Assembly: GCA_048213135.1 (NCBI GenBank)
Contig: PS015309.1
Coordinates: 98,193-118,192, forward strand
DNA: 20,000 nucleotides
Source: Reclinomonas americana ATCC 50394
Lineage: Eukaryota
Direction: 5' to 3'
Under the pieces are notes generated by a model. The model searched no databases, was not told the DNA's origin, and saw only the letters and a list, made by a program, of their open reading frames with translations. Below are positions 1 to 10,908 of this stretch, piece after piece (positions within the stretch are counted from its first letter, which is position 1; every line of letters starts with the position of its first letter). The translations under genes and the position numbers were made by a program.

Positions 1-3000
1 CGCAGTGGCGGCCGCGGCCACGCTGCGTCGATCGTCTCTGCAGTTGCCACTGGGAGCGCTGGAGAGTGCAGGACTCGGTAGCCAGTCGCCACGTTCGCCC
101 TCGGCTCCGCCGTCGGCACGATCGCAGTGCGCCACCTTCCGCTACCACTCGCCCGATCACCGCGGAGGCGCGGCTGTGACGGCCCCCGTGCAGCCACCCA
201 TGTCGTCGCGATACGGGTCACCGTCGCACTCGCCGCGAGCCTCGCTGAGTGGAACGCTGTCGTCGAGCACCATGGCCGTCGCCCGCCGTCTCGGTGTCAA
301 TGTCGACGAGGCGCAGTTCATGGAGGTTTGTGGCAATGATCCCGACTCACGTAGTGCTGCACGCGAAGGAGAGGAAGACAGAGAGAGAGAGAGAGAGCTG
401 TGCCACTGACCATGTTGTGCGTTGATAATGATCGTGATCGTCGGAGAATCCACCGAGGCTGGGCCACCGGCGTTGTGCTTTTGTTATCCTTCTCTCTCTG
501 CATGCCATGCTCATCATGTTTGTTTGTGTTGGCGATAGGATGTGCGCAAGACGGTGGTGCGGTTGAAGAGCTTGCCGAACAGCACGACCTACGTGGAGGA
601 TTCGGTGCAGTTTTTGGTCGAAGCCGCCAAGGAGAGCGACCATCACCGAGTGATTATGCGTGAGCTGGGCACCTTGGAGGTGCTCGTCTCTCTGCTTCGT
701 CACCACGGTACCAATGTCCAGTCGCTGGCCGCCGAGGCGCTGATGCTGCTTGGTGCGTGTGTGTTGTCCTCAGTTTCGCACATGCATGATTTGTCCGATC
801 CTGAACCGATGCAATGTCGTCTTGTGTTGCAGCGAACAACAAGGGCAACCGCGACCGCATTCGCGAGGTCAATGGCATTCAGCCGCTCATTAATTTGCTG
901 AGCAAGGAGTATGCGGTGTTGCCGGCCGCCATGGCGCTGCGCAATTTGTCTACTTCGTCGGAGAATCAGGTAAAGAAATGCCACTGCAGCACGTCTGATC
1001 CTTGTCGACTGTTGCTCATCAACCTGCGCCACAGCTCCGCATCTACCAGTACGACGGCGTGGAGCCGCTCATTCGGCTGCTGCGACATGTGGATCCGCGC
1101 GTGCAGGAGCAAGCGGCTGCGGCCGTGGCCAACTGTGGTTCGCATTCTTGTCCCCAAGCGTGTGTGTTTGTGTGTGTGCTGCAGTCGACTCAAATCGATC
1201 GCCTTGTCGCACACAGCGGCCAACTCGACAAACCAGGGTCTCATTCGTGACCTCGGCGGCGTTCCACTGCTGGTGAACCTGCTGGCAATCAAGAACTCGC
1301 GCATTCAGCGACAAGCGGCCATGGCACTGAAGCACCTGGCCGGCAACGAGGTCAACCGCGACCTTGTGCGCGACGCCGGCGCTGTGCCGCTGCTGATCGC
1401 CATTCTGCACGAGGGCAAGACACGAGCCAAGGCCATGGCGGCTGGTGCGCTCGGATTCTTGGCCTACGGCGAGCAGGTTTGTGTTTCTGTGTGTCGTGTT
1501 CATGCCTGATCATCATCACTCGTGCTGAATCATACAATCGGCGGGCGCAGACTCGCGAGCTCATCCGCATCCACGGTGGCGTGGCACCGCTGTGTACCAT
1601 GCTGCAGTCGAGCAACGTCGATTGCCTTGAGCAGGCCACCACCTGCATTGTCAACGTTTGTGAGTACTCATTCATTCCCTTGTGTGCTGATCACTCGCTG
1701 GTGCTGTTGCTAACTGCTGCCGCCAATCGCCGAACAGCTCTGAACAAGACCAACCGCCACCTGATTCGCGAGTGCAAGGGCATCGAGAGCCTCATTCGCC
1801 TGTTGATGAGCTCGAACGCCACGGTGCAGGAGAATGCTGCGTGGGCGCTGAAGAACCTCGGTATGTGAATTCCCCTGTCAGTACGATGGCAAGCTCCTCC
1901 AGCATGACACTCATGCTTTGTCCCCCCTCGCAACAGCCATGACACGCGCCAACCAGGACCACATTCGCGAGAATGGCGGCTTGGAGGTGATGTTGGACCT
2001 GCTGGAGACGGAGAATCACGAGCTGCTCTCACATCTGGTGTGGGGTCTCACCAATCTCAGTTGCGTCTCTATCTTTATTCTGTACCCATGGCCCTGTGAC
2101 ACGCCCGTGTATCTAGTTCTGACCGCTCGCTCGTGTATGCAGCCATCAACAAGTACAACCAAGACGAGATTCCGCGTCTTGACGGCATCCGCCCGCTGTT
2201 GCAGCTGCTGTCGCACGAGCGTGATGATGTGGTGGAGAAGGCCGCGTGGACGCTGACCAACCTGTCGGTCAGTGTGGAGAACCGCGACAAGATTCGTCTG
2301 GAGGGTGGCATTCCGCCCTTGATCACACTGCTGGCGCACCCGAACGCCAAGGTCAGTGCAGTGTTTGCGGGGACAAGGAGAGTCTCTCTGTGTTCTCCTC
2401 GCTGACTCTCTTTTGCAGTGCGTGGAGAAGGCGGTGGCCGCACTCAGCAATCTGGCCACACGGAAGCCATGCCGCGAAGCCATTCGTAAGAACGGCGGCA
2501 TTCCACCGCTGGTCGAACTGCTCGACTCGAACATTCCGGAGCTGCTGTGCGGGGCTGCCGGCACACTGGCCAATATGGGTGAGTGGCACGAGTCACGACT
2601 GTTGCATTGCACGAGGACACGCATCTCATCTCTGTGTCATCGTGTCTGTGTGCGCAGCGAGCAAGCACGATGTGAATCGCGAGGCAATCCGCGCCGAGGG
2701 AGCTGTCGGTCGCCTGTTGCAGTTGCTCGGTCACGTGGATAGCATGGTCCGCACCGAGGCGTTTGCCGCGCTGCGCAACCTGTCTCGTTGCGTTCACTCT
2801 GTCTGTCGTGTGCCAATGTGTTTACTCGGGGAAGCTCACCGACCCGTGCCATGCGTGCAGTGGGTGAGGCCTTCAATCGCGCGCTGCAAAAGTTCGTCAT
2901 GATCCCCGTCGGCCCCGACACGTTTGCCGAGTTGGGTCAGGCGGTGGCCGAGTATGAGCACGCCGCTGAGGATCTCGACGCGGCGGCGTTGTTGGAGATG

Positions 3001-3876
3001 CTGGTGGCACGGCATGGTGGTGAGTGTGATGATGATACACGCTGTCAGTGCCTGTTTGGCTTGTCTCACGATTGATTTGCAGGCACACCCGATCCACAAT
3101 TGCTGGCCGAGTACCACCGCGTGGCGCAAATGCCAGCGCCGTCGACTGCTCAGCACTCTCGCTCTTTCTCCGACATCACCGGCACCACACTGTCGGTGCG
3201 CCCGGTGCCTCGTGACGACAGCCGACGTGCGTACCAGCTGCAGTACGCGCAGCAGCACCACGATTCGGTGTCGGTGCAGTCGGACAGTCCACCACGAGCG
3301 ACCGTGACCAGCATTGATTTCCCCGAATCGTCGTCCACACCACCACCACCTCCACCGCCACCACAGTCGGAATCAGCACGCATTGTGCAACCGCACCAGG
3401 GTGGCAGCCCACGCAGTGGGTCTGCTGGGCGACCACAGCCGGCGTCCTTCAATCTCCCGCAAGTGCCTGGCTCACGATGTGCGTGCCTCTCTCTCTCTCT
3501 CTCCCCCGATTGTCACATTCAACTGACGTTTGTTCAATGCACAGCGTCACCGCCGCGCATCCCCAGCGCACCTGGCTCCACCTCGTCGCTCGGCATGAGT
3601 GACGACACGGGCGCTCACGACTTCGATCACGACAGCTCAGGCGACGATCTGGTGCGCTCGATCGCCCCACCACGGCAGTCAGCGTTCTCCACCCATACCA
3701 CCACCACCACCACCACGACAACCACGGCTGCGGCGCCGCCCATTGTGCCTCCACTGGTCGGCTGGGGAGCTTCATCGNNNNNNNNNNNNNNNNNNNNACA
3801 CCCACCCACCATCATCACCACCGTCAACCCCTCTCAGCACGACCACGCCAACGCAGGTCGTGCAATTTTGATATGA
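1..3876 (+). CDS. Armadillo (ARM) repeat protein with S/P-rich termini; 5' end lies upstream of the window; about 13 introns
   Basis: Spliced exons give tandem ARM repeats, e.g. NRDRIREVNGIQPLINLL..AAMALRNLS, NQGLIRDLGGVPLLVNLL..AAMALKHLA, NRDKIRLEGGIPPLITLL, CREAIRKNGGIPPLVELL. Frame-restoring GT-AG introns include 326-538, 753-832, 970-1034, 2060-2142, 2787-2860 and 3479-3544. The stop position is uncertain because of the N gap at 3778-3797. Confidence 0.85.
3698..3725 (+). repeat. (ACC)n microsatellite, poly-Thr in the ARM gene tail
   Basis: accaccaccaccaccaccacgacaaccac run. Confidence 0.8.
3778..3797. other. Assembly gap (20 N)
   Basis: Run of n in the sequence, flanked by ACC-rich low-complexity DNA. 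Confidence 0.99.
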
Positions 3877-4076
3877 CGGTGGTCGTGTGGTGCTTGCTGG
3901 AAGTTGTACTACCTCTTTGTGTTGCTGCCTCTTTTTTGCCTCCTCCTCCTCCATAACCTCCCACCCTCAAACAAAAGAATTGCCAGAAAGAACCTCCTGT
4001 CGCCCACCATTGTTAGAGCGTCGTCAGTGTACCACGATACTTCTTGTCCTTGACATCATAATCATCACAAGGAAAA

Positions 4077-6420
4077 ATGCTTCTCTTGCGCACATTGCGT
4101 CGCTCACTGGCACGTTCGTGTCATTGCTTTCGTCACTCCCATCGCTTTTGTCTCACTCGTGCCACACAGTCGACGAGCAGCAATGTGATGCGCGACACGC
4201 CCGATGCCTTCCTGCAGAACGTGATGAAGCACAACGGATTGCATCGCGCCATGCTTGCATTTGATCACGAAACGCGTCGTGTGGTTCCCTCACATCCCGC
4301 GCTGCAAGTCGTCGCCGACTGGATGATGAATGACCCGGTGGACTACAAGCAGGTGGGCTCAGCAACACATGCATGCATGCGTGAGTGTGTGTGCGAGAGA
4401 GAGAGATGCGCTGATTCTCTCTCTCTCTCCTCTGTCGCAGCACGAGGCCATCTTCCTGGAAATCGGGCGAGAATCCGGTGCTCTTCTCGGCTCCTTCTTG
4501 TGGTGGACGAAGCGTGGTCAGGGTTGTGGTGGCATTCGCTATCGCTCCTACACCAGGTTGGTGCTGTCTCCTGTCTCGTCCCTTCCTCTTTGTCTCTGTG
4601 GCTCACGAAGAATTGCAGCCTGGAGGAGTACCTGCGCGACGGCATGCGACTGGCCACTGGAATGGGCCAGAAGAGCGCCCTCGCCGGTCTGTGGTGGGGC
4701 GGTGGCAAAGGTATGTAGTCGAAGGTGGGGAGGGAGGGAGAGAGAACTTGTCCACGCTCGAGCTCATATCATGTGCCTGCTTGCAGGCGTCATTCCCATG
4801 CTGTCGTCGCACTCGGACAAGTTCCTCGACCGTGGATTCCGTGATGCGTTGTTCCGAGACTAGTTGAGTGGTGACAGCATTTCTCTGTGTTGCTTGACGT
4901 GCGCCGTGCCTCACTCTCGCTGCAGCGGTCGTTTCCTGACGGGCACACAGGGTGCCTACGTGGCTGCTGAGGATGCTGGTGTGCTCATCCCCACAGCTGC
5001 CTGCCGTGCGTGTCTCATGACTCACTTATGTGCTCGTGTGCACAGGCGTCAACGTGGAAGACGTCGATGTGGTGTTCTCACAGACTCGTCACACGACGTG
5101 CATCTCACCGCGCCTGGGTGGCTCCGGCAACCCGTCAGTACCCACAGCTCAGGTGACTCCCTGTGCGAGACAGGCGGTTTTTTTGCGATGCCTACTCAAT
5201 TCGCCAACCGCCTGCGTACACGCAGGGCATTGTGTGTGCGATGGAGGGTGCGCTGCAGTTCCTGAAGATGGGCAGTCTCGAAGGCAAGACTATCGCGGTT
5301 CAGGTCTGTGTCATGCTCGGCGTCACTATTTTGTACCACGAGTTGTTGTTGACGCGGTTCCACACACAGGGTGTCGGCAATGTGGGTCTGCCGCTGGTGG
5401 AGTTCCTGCTGGCCAAGGGTGTGAAGCGCATCGAGGCTGCCGAGACTGTGCCGCACCGACTGGAACAGGTGTGTCTGCAGCCGTGCTGGCGTCTCGCTCT
5501 CTCCGTCGTGCATCGTCTCTGACCGTGCACTCGCCACTGGCAGGCTGTGGAGAAAATCACCGACTCCCGCGTGCGATTCCGTCATGGTTGTTACTCCTCG
5601 CACTTTTTCTCCTGCATGCGCCATCGTGTGTTCTCATCAACACACAAACTATGCTGGGCAGTGACCACCAGCGACATGAGTATCTTGCACGAGGAGGTGG
5701 ACATTGTGTCGCCGTGTGCCTTTGGTGGCGTCCTCAACCCCACCACCATTCCTGGCATTCGGTTTGTGCGCTCTTGTGGCTCTCTACCTCAAACACGCGA
5801 GAACTTGACTTGCTGTGTACTGTAGGGCGAAGATTGTGTGCGGTGCGGCAAACAACCAGCTGCAGGATCCGCGGGGAGATGGAGAACTGGCGAAGCGCGG
5901 CATTGTGTACGTACCCGATTTCGTCGGCAACCGCATGGGCATGTTGCGTGTGTGCAGCAGCGTGACCAGTTTCCTCTGTTTGTTTGTTCGTTGATCCTCA
6001 CGTCACGCTTGTTGTACAGCGTGAACTGTGCCAATGAGCAGTACGGCTACGTGACACCGTCGTCGGAGGATCCGTCGTTTGCCCGTCACTTTGGTCGCGA
6101 CTGGGAGGACTCGATCCAGAACACCACTCAGCGCGTTCTCGAGTTTCGTATGTGCCACACCCACTGTGCCGAGGCGCACACTCACTTCGCACTCTGTGAT
6201 ACAGGCTTGCCAAGCGCACTGGAACATCGCCGGCTGTCGCGGCCATTGTTGCGTCACTTTACTCACCCACTCACATACAGCTGCTTGGACTCATTGTTGC
6301 AATAACCAGTCGCTGGCCGACAAGGCCGCCAGCGTGCCGCATCCGATTTGGGGCCACCGTGTGCGCCACATTATCGAGTCGCTGCGGAAGAACTCGTGGG
6401 CCAGCGCCGAGCGTTTGTGA
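4077..6420 (+). CDS. Glu/Leu/Phe/Val (leucine dehydrogenase-like) NAD(P)-dependent dehydrogenase with probable mitochondrial presequence; 14 inferred introns
   Basis: The spliced product contains GGIRYRSY, GMGQKSALAGLWWGGGKGVI, YVAAEDAGVNVEDV, GGSGNPSVPTAQG, Rossmann motif IAVQGVGNVG, DIVSPCAFGGVLN, KIVCGAANNQL, GIVYVPDFVGNRMGIVNCANEQYG and HPIWGHR. N-terminus is MLLLRTLRRSL(STSS); TGA at 6418-6420. Confidence 0.92.
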
Positions 6421-6736
6421 CAAGTTACCCCATTTTTGTGGGAGAAATGACAACTCCGTGACGTGAGATTTGATTCCCCTGTCCGAGTGAAAGTAAGTGG
6501 AAGATTGGCGGACTGCTGGCGCGTGGAGAGAGCGAGAGCGAGAGAGATAGATAGTAGTGCCGCCACGTAGATCACCACTGCCGTCGCTCGAGTGCTTGGG
6601 GACCTAGTTCGCCGTGTCAGCGTGGTTTGCTCTCGTCACTAGTATCTGGGAGGACAGTGGGAGTGCTAGTAGAGGCCACAACGGTAGAGAATCAACAGCT
6701 GGTGCGACTGCGGCAGTAGAGGGAGAGCTGTCAATC

Positions 6737-9700
6737 ATGGGGCACTCGGAATCCAAGTCGGCGCGTGGTGAGGCTATCGTGTTTGGCGAGGTTTGTGCTG
6801 TGGGTGTACTGTGTTCTCGGTGGCCGGAACACGTCTCACCAGTCGTGCACAGGAGGGTGCCGGAAAGAACGAGCTGCTTCACATCGCAACGGTGCGTCTT
6901 TTGCTTGTCGTGTGAGGGGCCGGCGATCAACTTTTTCACCAACATGGAATCGTTTTGTTTTTCTCCAGCGGCTTTACACCAACACTCCACTCAAAGTCGA
7001 AGCCGAGCGACATGGGCGTCTGCTCTTCAGTGAAGTGAGTTGTCGTCTCAGTTGCCGCGCCCCTTTCTCCCCTGCCGAGCTGACAAGGGCACACGTGTGG
7101 CAGGAACTCGTGGTGAAGCACGGAAGCGAAACCACCAAGATTCTCTGGGTCTGCATCTCATGTTGTTGTTGTTGTTATCATTGATCTCCCTGCCCGTTAC
7201 TCACGCATGCACGCACTGTACTCTCAGTGGAATACGGGCGATTGGACGCACTTCTTCTCTGGCATGTCTGCCACGCAGAAGAAAACGTTCTTCTCGTCGG
7301 ATCGGCGCTGTTATGTGATCGTGTACAGGTGAGTAATAATTATTCCGAATGCATTTTGTGATCCCCAGTTATGACTGACCAGTGGATGGGGTGAACCAGC
7401 GTGACAAGTCGCCGTACATTCAATGCGGTGCATCAGGTATGCGGTTTGAATGCGAGGCGCGGGAGGGTCATTCATTCACTGACAATTCGGCGATGGCTGT
7501 TTTGCAGGTCATTCAGTGCCTCCGCCATTTCCAGAGTGGCCGCGGTGCTGCGCCGGTGCTGGTGGTTGGCACTGGAGTAGAGTGCGAAGTGGTTGGGCGA
7601 GAACGAGAAGTATCGAAAGAGGAAGCCATTGTTGAGTGGTCTGCTTTCGTGCTCGCAGCCTCACACGCTGACACTTACAGCATCGTTCGTCGCGCAGATG
7701 TTTGCACAGCAACACCACGCGCTATACATGGAATGTTCCGTGGTCACTGAGTGGCACGCGGAGCTTGTTATCCAAGTGGCAAGTTCCATCGGCATTCAGT
7801 GCAAGTTTCGTTGGCTTTGATTTGAGGGAGACCGTGCTGTGTGTGTGACACTAACCGAATGTCACAGCGGTCGACACGGACCCCTTGATGCGAAATCGGT
7901 GATTGCTGAGGCGCTGCGGGAAAACATTCCTGCCGATTCCGTGGTGCCCGTTGAGGTGCCTGCAGCGGGCTCTGCACAGCAAGCGCCGGTCGAAGCCCTC
8001 GTCGGTGGTGCGCACCCACACATGCAATTGATTATAGCTTCTTCGCTCACACGCATCACGTTTGCAGTGCCGGCCGTGCACGACCAGGGCTCCGTGTCTG
8101 ACTCCGAGAATGTGTACATGGGGTCGAACTACACGCCGTGCCGAGCGGCATACGCGTTCATTGTCGACAACGAACGAGAGGAGATACCGGAGGGCTTTGT
8201 GGCCATCGAAGAGCTGCGCGCGCTCTATGTGTATCGCTCAAAGGTGCTGTCGTTGTGTACGCGCTGCGTCACATCTGAATGCTGTGCTTACCGCGGACAC
8301 CAGGAGTCGTTCCTCAAGCGCCTCAAACCCGAAGTGGCGATCATCACGCTGCTTGATCCATCGCTGGTTATGGAGAGGGTCGACGCGAGTGCGGTGCATG
8401 TGCGCAACCAGATCTACAACCTGCTACTCAAGTTCGAGACTCCGCAAGCCGCCACCGACATCATCAGTGAAGTGGAGCGCAATCGGGAGCAGCTCGAGGC
8501 AACGCTGCAGAGTGCTGATGGCGACGTGATGCAGCGCGCCCTCGGCCTCGGTCCAGGTGGGCCACTGCTCACAGAGACGGCGCATCCACACGAGATTCCG
8601 GAGGAAGCGGCGATGGAGCACATGGAGCAGCAGCTGGCACAAAAGGCGGCGATCCAGCTCGATGCGCAGAAGCAGGCAGCGGCCATGAACGAGCTGCTGC
8701 CACCGCAACCTGGTCTGGACGAGTTGCGGGAGAAGGAGGAGCTGCGACAGCAGGCGCTGGCCATGGTTGGCCGCTCCGTCGAGCCAGCGCCGCTGTCCGT
8801 ACCCACGACATCGACTGCGCAGACGACGGCGGACACGTGGCCTGGCGAGCTGAAGCGGCTGTTTGCAGAGACAGATGAAATGCAGCAGCCGGGGACGATT
8901 CAACAGGGGCGGCCGTCGCGTCTTCGCGATGTCGACGTGGGCGAGCCGGAACATGAGAACCAGACCGAGGAGATGCAGTCCACGACGCCAGTGGATACAT
9001 CAGCGACCGCCAGACGGTTGCCGATGTCGTTCGGTGTGGACGAGGTTGCCGCGGCCGCAGCGCCTGGGTTGATGAGCGAGCGGACGTCTTCGTTGCGCGA
9101 CGCTCCGTCGGCAAAGAATCGGTCGGGCTTTCCATCCACGAGTGTCTACAGCCTTCCGCTCGTCGGTGGTCGTGGCGGCAGCAGCCCGTCACCCCGAGTT
9201 GATGATGCCTCGGTGCAGTCGGAGGTCGGCAGTGAGCGGGTGGTCTCGGAACCCGGCATTGTGCTGCACCTCGCTGGCTCCGACGTTGATGAGGGGCCAC
9301 GCCGGCGCCTGGACAGTGTTGCCGCGTGGCCGTGGTTTTCGCAGGCAGGCACTGCACCACCGCAGCTTCGAGACCAGGCGAGCGCGGGAGAGGAGGTGCA
9401 GCCGCTTGTGCGCTCCAGTGGTATGCCGGAGAGCGCACCGACGTATAGTCAAGTGCAGCCAGTGGCCGCAGCCGGAACATCTGTGGCGCAAGGCATGGGT
9501 GTGCCACCGGTTGGCTCGCTCGTTGGAGCTGCCGTGCCGTCGCTGGTGCCCGAGGCCATGTCGTCGTTGGTCGGCAGCAGCAACCTTGGCCAGGGCGCAG
9601 CTCAGGCCGTGTCTGGTGGCATGAGCATCGGATCTGTGACTGGTGCGGCACAAGGTCTCGGTGGTGCCAGCATCGGCAGCGGTGTGGCGCAAGCCGTGGG

Positions 9701-10880
9701 GATGCCATCGTCGGGCATGAACGTCGGCTCTCTGGCAGCTGGTGCGGCGCAAGGCATGGGTGTGCCGTCCGGAGGCTCGCTGGTTGGAGCTGCCGTGCCG
9801 TCGCTGGTGCCCGAGGCTATGTCATCGTTGGGTGCGGCTCAGGTCGTGTCTGGTGGCATAAACACCGGCTCCGTGGCTCGCGCGGCGCAAGGCATGGGTG
9901 TGCCGTCCGGAGGCTCGCTGGTTGGAGCTGCCGTGCCGGAAGCGGTGTCGTCGGTGGTTGGTGGCACCAGCATCGGCAGTGGTGCGGCACAGGCCGTGTC
10001 TGGCAGCATGAACATCGGCTCGCTGGCTGGAGCTGCTCCATCAATGGTCTCGGCGTTCCACCACCTTTCACCGTCCGCTGAAATTCGTGCGGCTGCTGTT
10101 CCACCTCCGACGGGGCCAGCTTCAAGCGTGACCAGCCAGGTGTCAGATGCGGCACCCCGGCGTCTGCCTGGTGCACCGGAGGGCGACGACAATTTCATGA
10201 CGGAGCAGTTGCTGCAGTATGCGCCGTTTGGCACGTCGGGCGACGAGACAGTGGAAGATGTGCGGGAAGCCACCATGCCGATTCTGCATCGCGTGCCGGC
10301 GGAGGACAGCATGAGCGGACTCGTGCGCAAGTCGGCACCCGAGTCGGTGATCAGCCAGCCTATGGGCTCAGCCGTTCCGCGACTCGCCGCATTCCGCTTC
10401 CCAGCCGACGACGAGCCCATGCCGGAACGGACAAGCGCATCTCTCGTCCAGGGCAGCGAGGCTGTTGCGTCTGCGCCCTTTGACTGGATTCCACATACGG
10501 TCGAAGAGGACGACATTGATGTGGTGGAGGAGGCGCCGCGCGGGACGGTAATGTCGCAGCAAGTGGAGACGCAGCCGCCGTCGTTTGTGCCAAGTGCGCT
10601 TTCCTTGGGGGACGAGGAAGAGGAGGCCGGAGTAGACGACAATCTGCTGCAGGGCACGGGGGTCGTCGGCCTCGTCGACATCAACAAAGGCGAAGACGAC
10701 GACGTTCGCATCAGCGACAACAACAGGGGGGACTTGCGTGGAGAAGAGAAGCAGGTAGACCGAGAGGTGCGAGAGGAACTCGAAGAGTTCGTTCCGTTCC
10801 TGCAGATGGACCCGACGCCGCTGTGGAGTCCGCGAGACGAGGCCGGCAATGGCTTCCTGCGTGAAAACCGACTGCAGTGA
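6737..10880 (+). CDS. Multidomain protein: N-myristoylation motif, degenerate Ras/Rab-like G domain, PH-like domain and long low-complexity/repeat tail; 10 inferred introns
   Basis: Spliced N-terminus reads MGHSESKS..IVFGEEGAGKNELL..KILWWNTGD..CYVIVYSVTSRRTFNAV..PVLVVGTGVE..REVSKEEAIMFAQQHHALYMECSVVT, which follows small-GTPase topology. A PH-like stretch follows (EGFVAIEELRALYVYRSK..LLLKFETPQAATDIISEVER), then a single terminal exon 8304-10880. Confidence 0.75.
9485..10035 (+). repeat. Coding imperfect tandem repeat (AQGMGVPxxGSLVGAAVP(SLVP)EA.SS x3 plus interspersed GSGAAQAVSG units)
   Basis: Near-identical DNA ggcgcaaggcatgggtgtgcc..ggctcgct.gttggagctgccgtgccg starts at 9485, 9746 and 9884. 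Confidence 0.9.
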
Positions 10881-10908
10881 TTAGCTAAACAGTCAATGTA
10901 CATTCTTT

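Noticed and set aside
4861-4863. Apparent in-frame TAG in the dehydrogenase (stop-codon reassignment or pseudogene)
   Set aside because: The G is the first base of intron 4863-4925; the spliced codon is TAC.
2060-6309. Reading the shifted donors as non-canonical G|TT introns cleaved one base later
   Set aside because: This would need non-AG acceptors, creates a TAG stop at 4861-4863 and changes GIVN to GMVN. GT-AG cleavage fits better.
9485-10035. CRISPR-like or mobile-element interpretation of the direct repeats
   Set aside because: The repeats are in-frame coding, irregularly spaced, lack unique spacers, terminal repeats and associated enzymes, and lie in a eukaryotic context.
7839-10880. 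1013-aa ORF as a stand-alone intronless gene
   Set aside because: It begins at a GTG within an intron, contains two 60-nt in-frame introns, and splices in frame to the upstream GTPase-like exons.
8569-10903. Long minus-strand ORFs (379 aa and 354 aa)
   Set aside because: These are antisense shadows of a GC-rich coding exon with no recognisable motifs.
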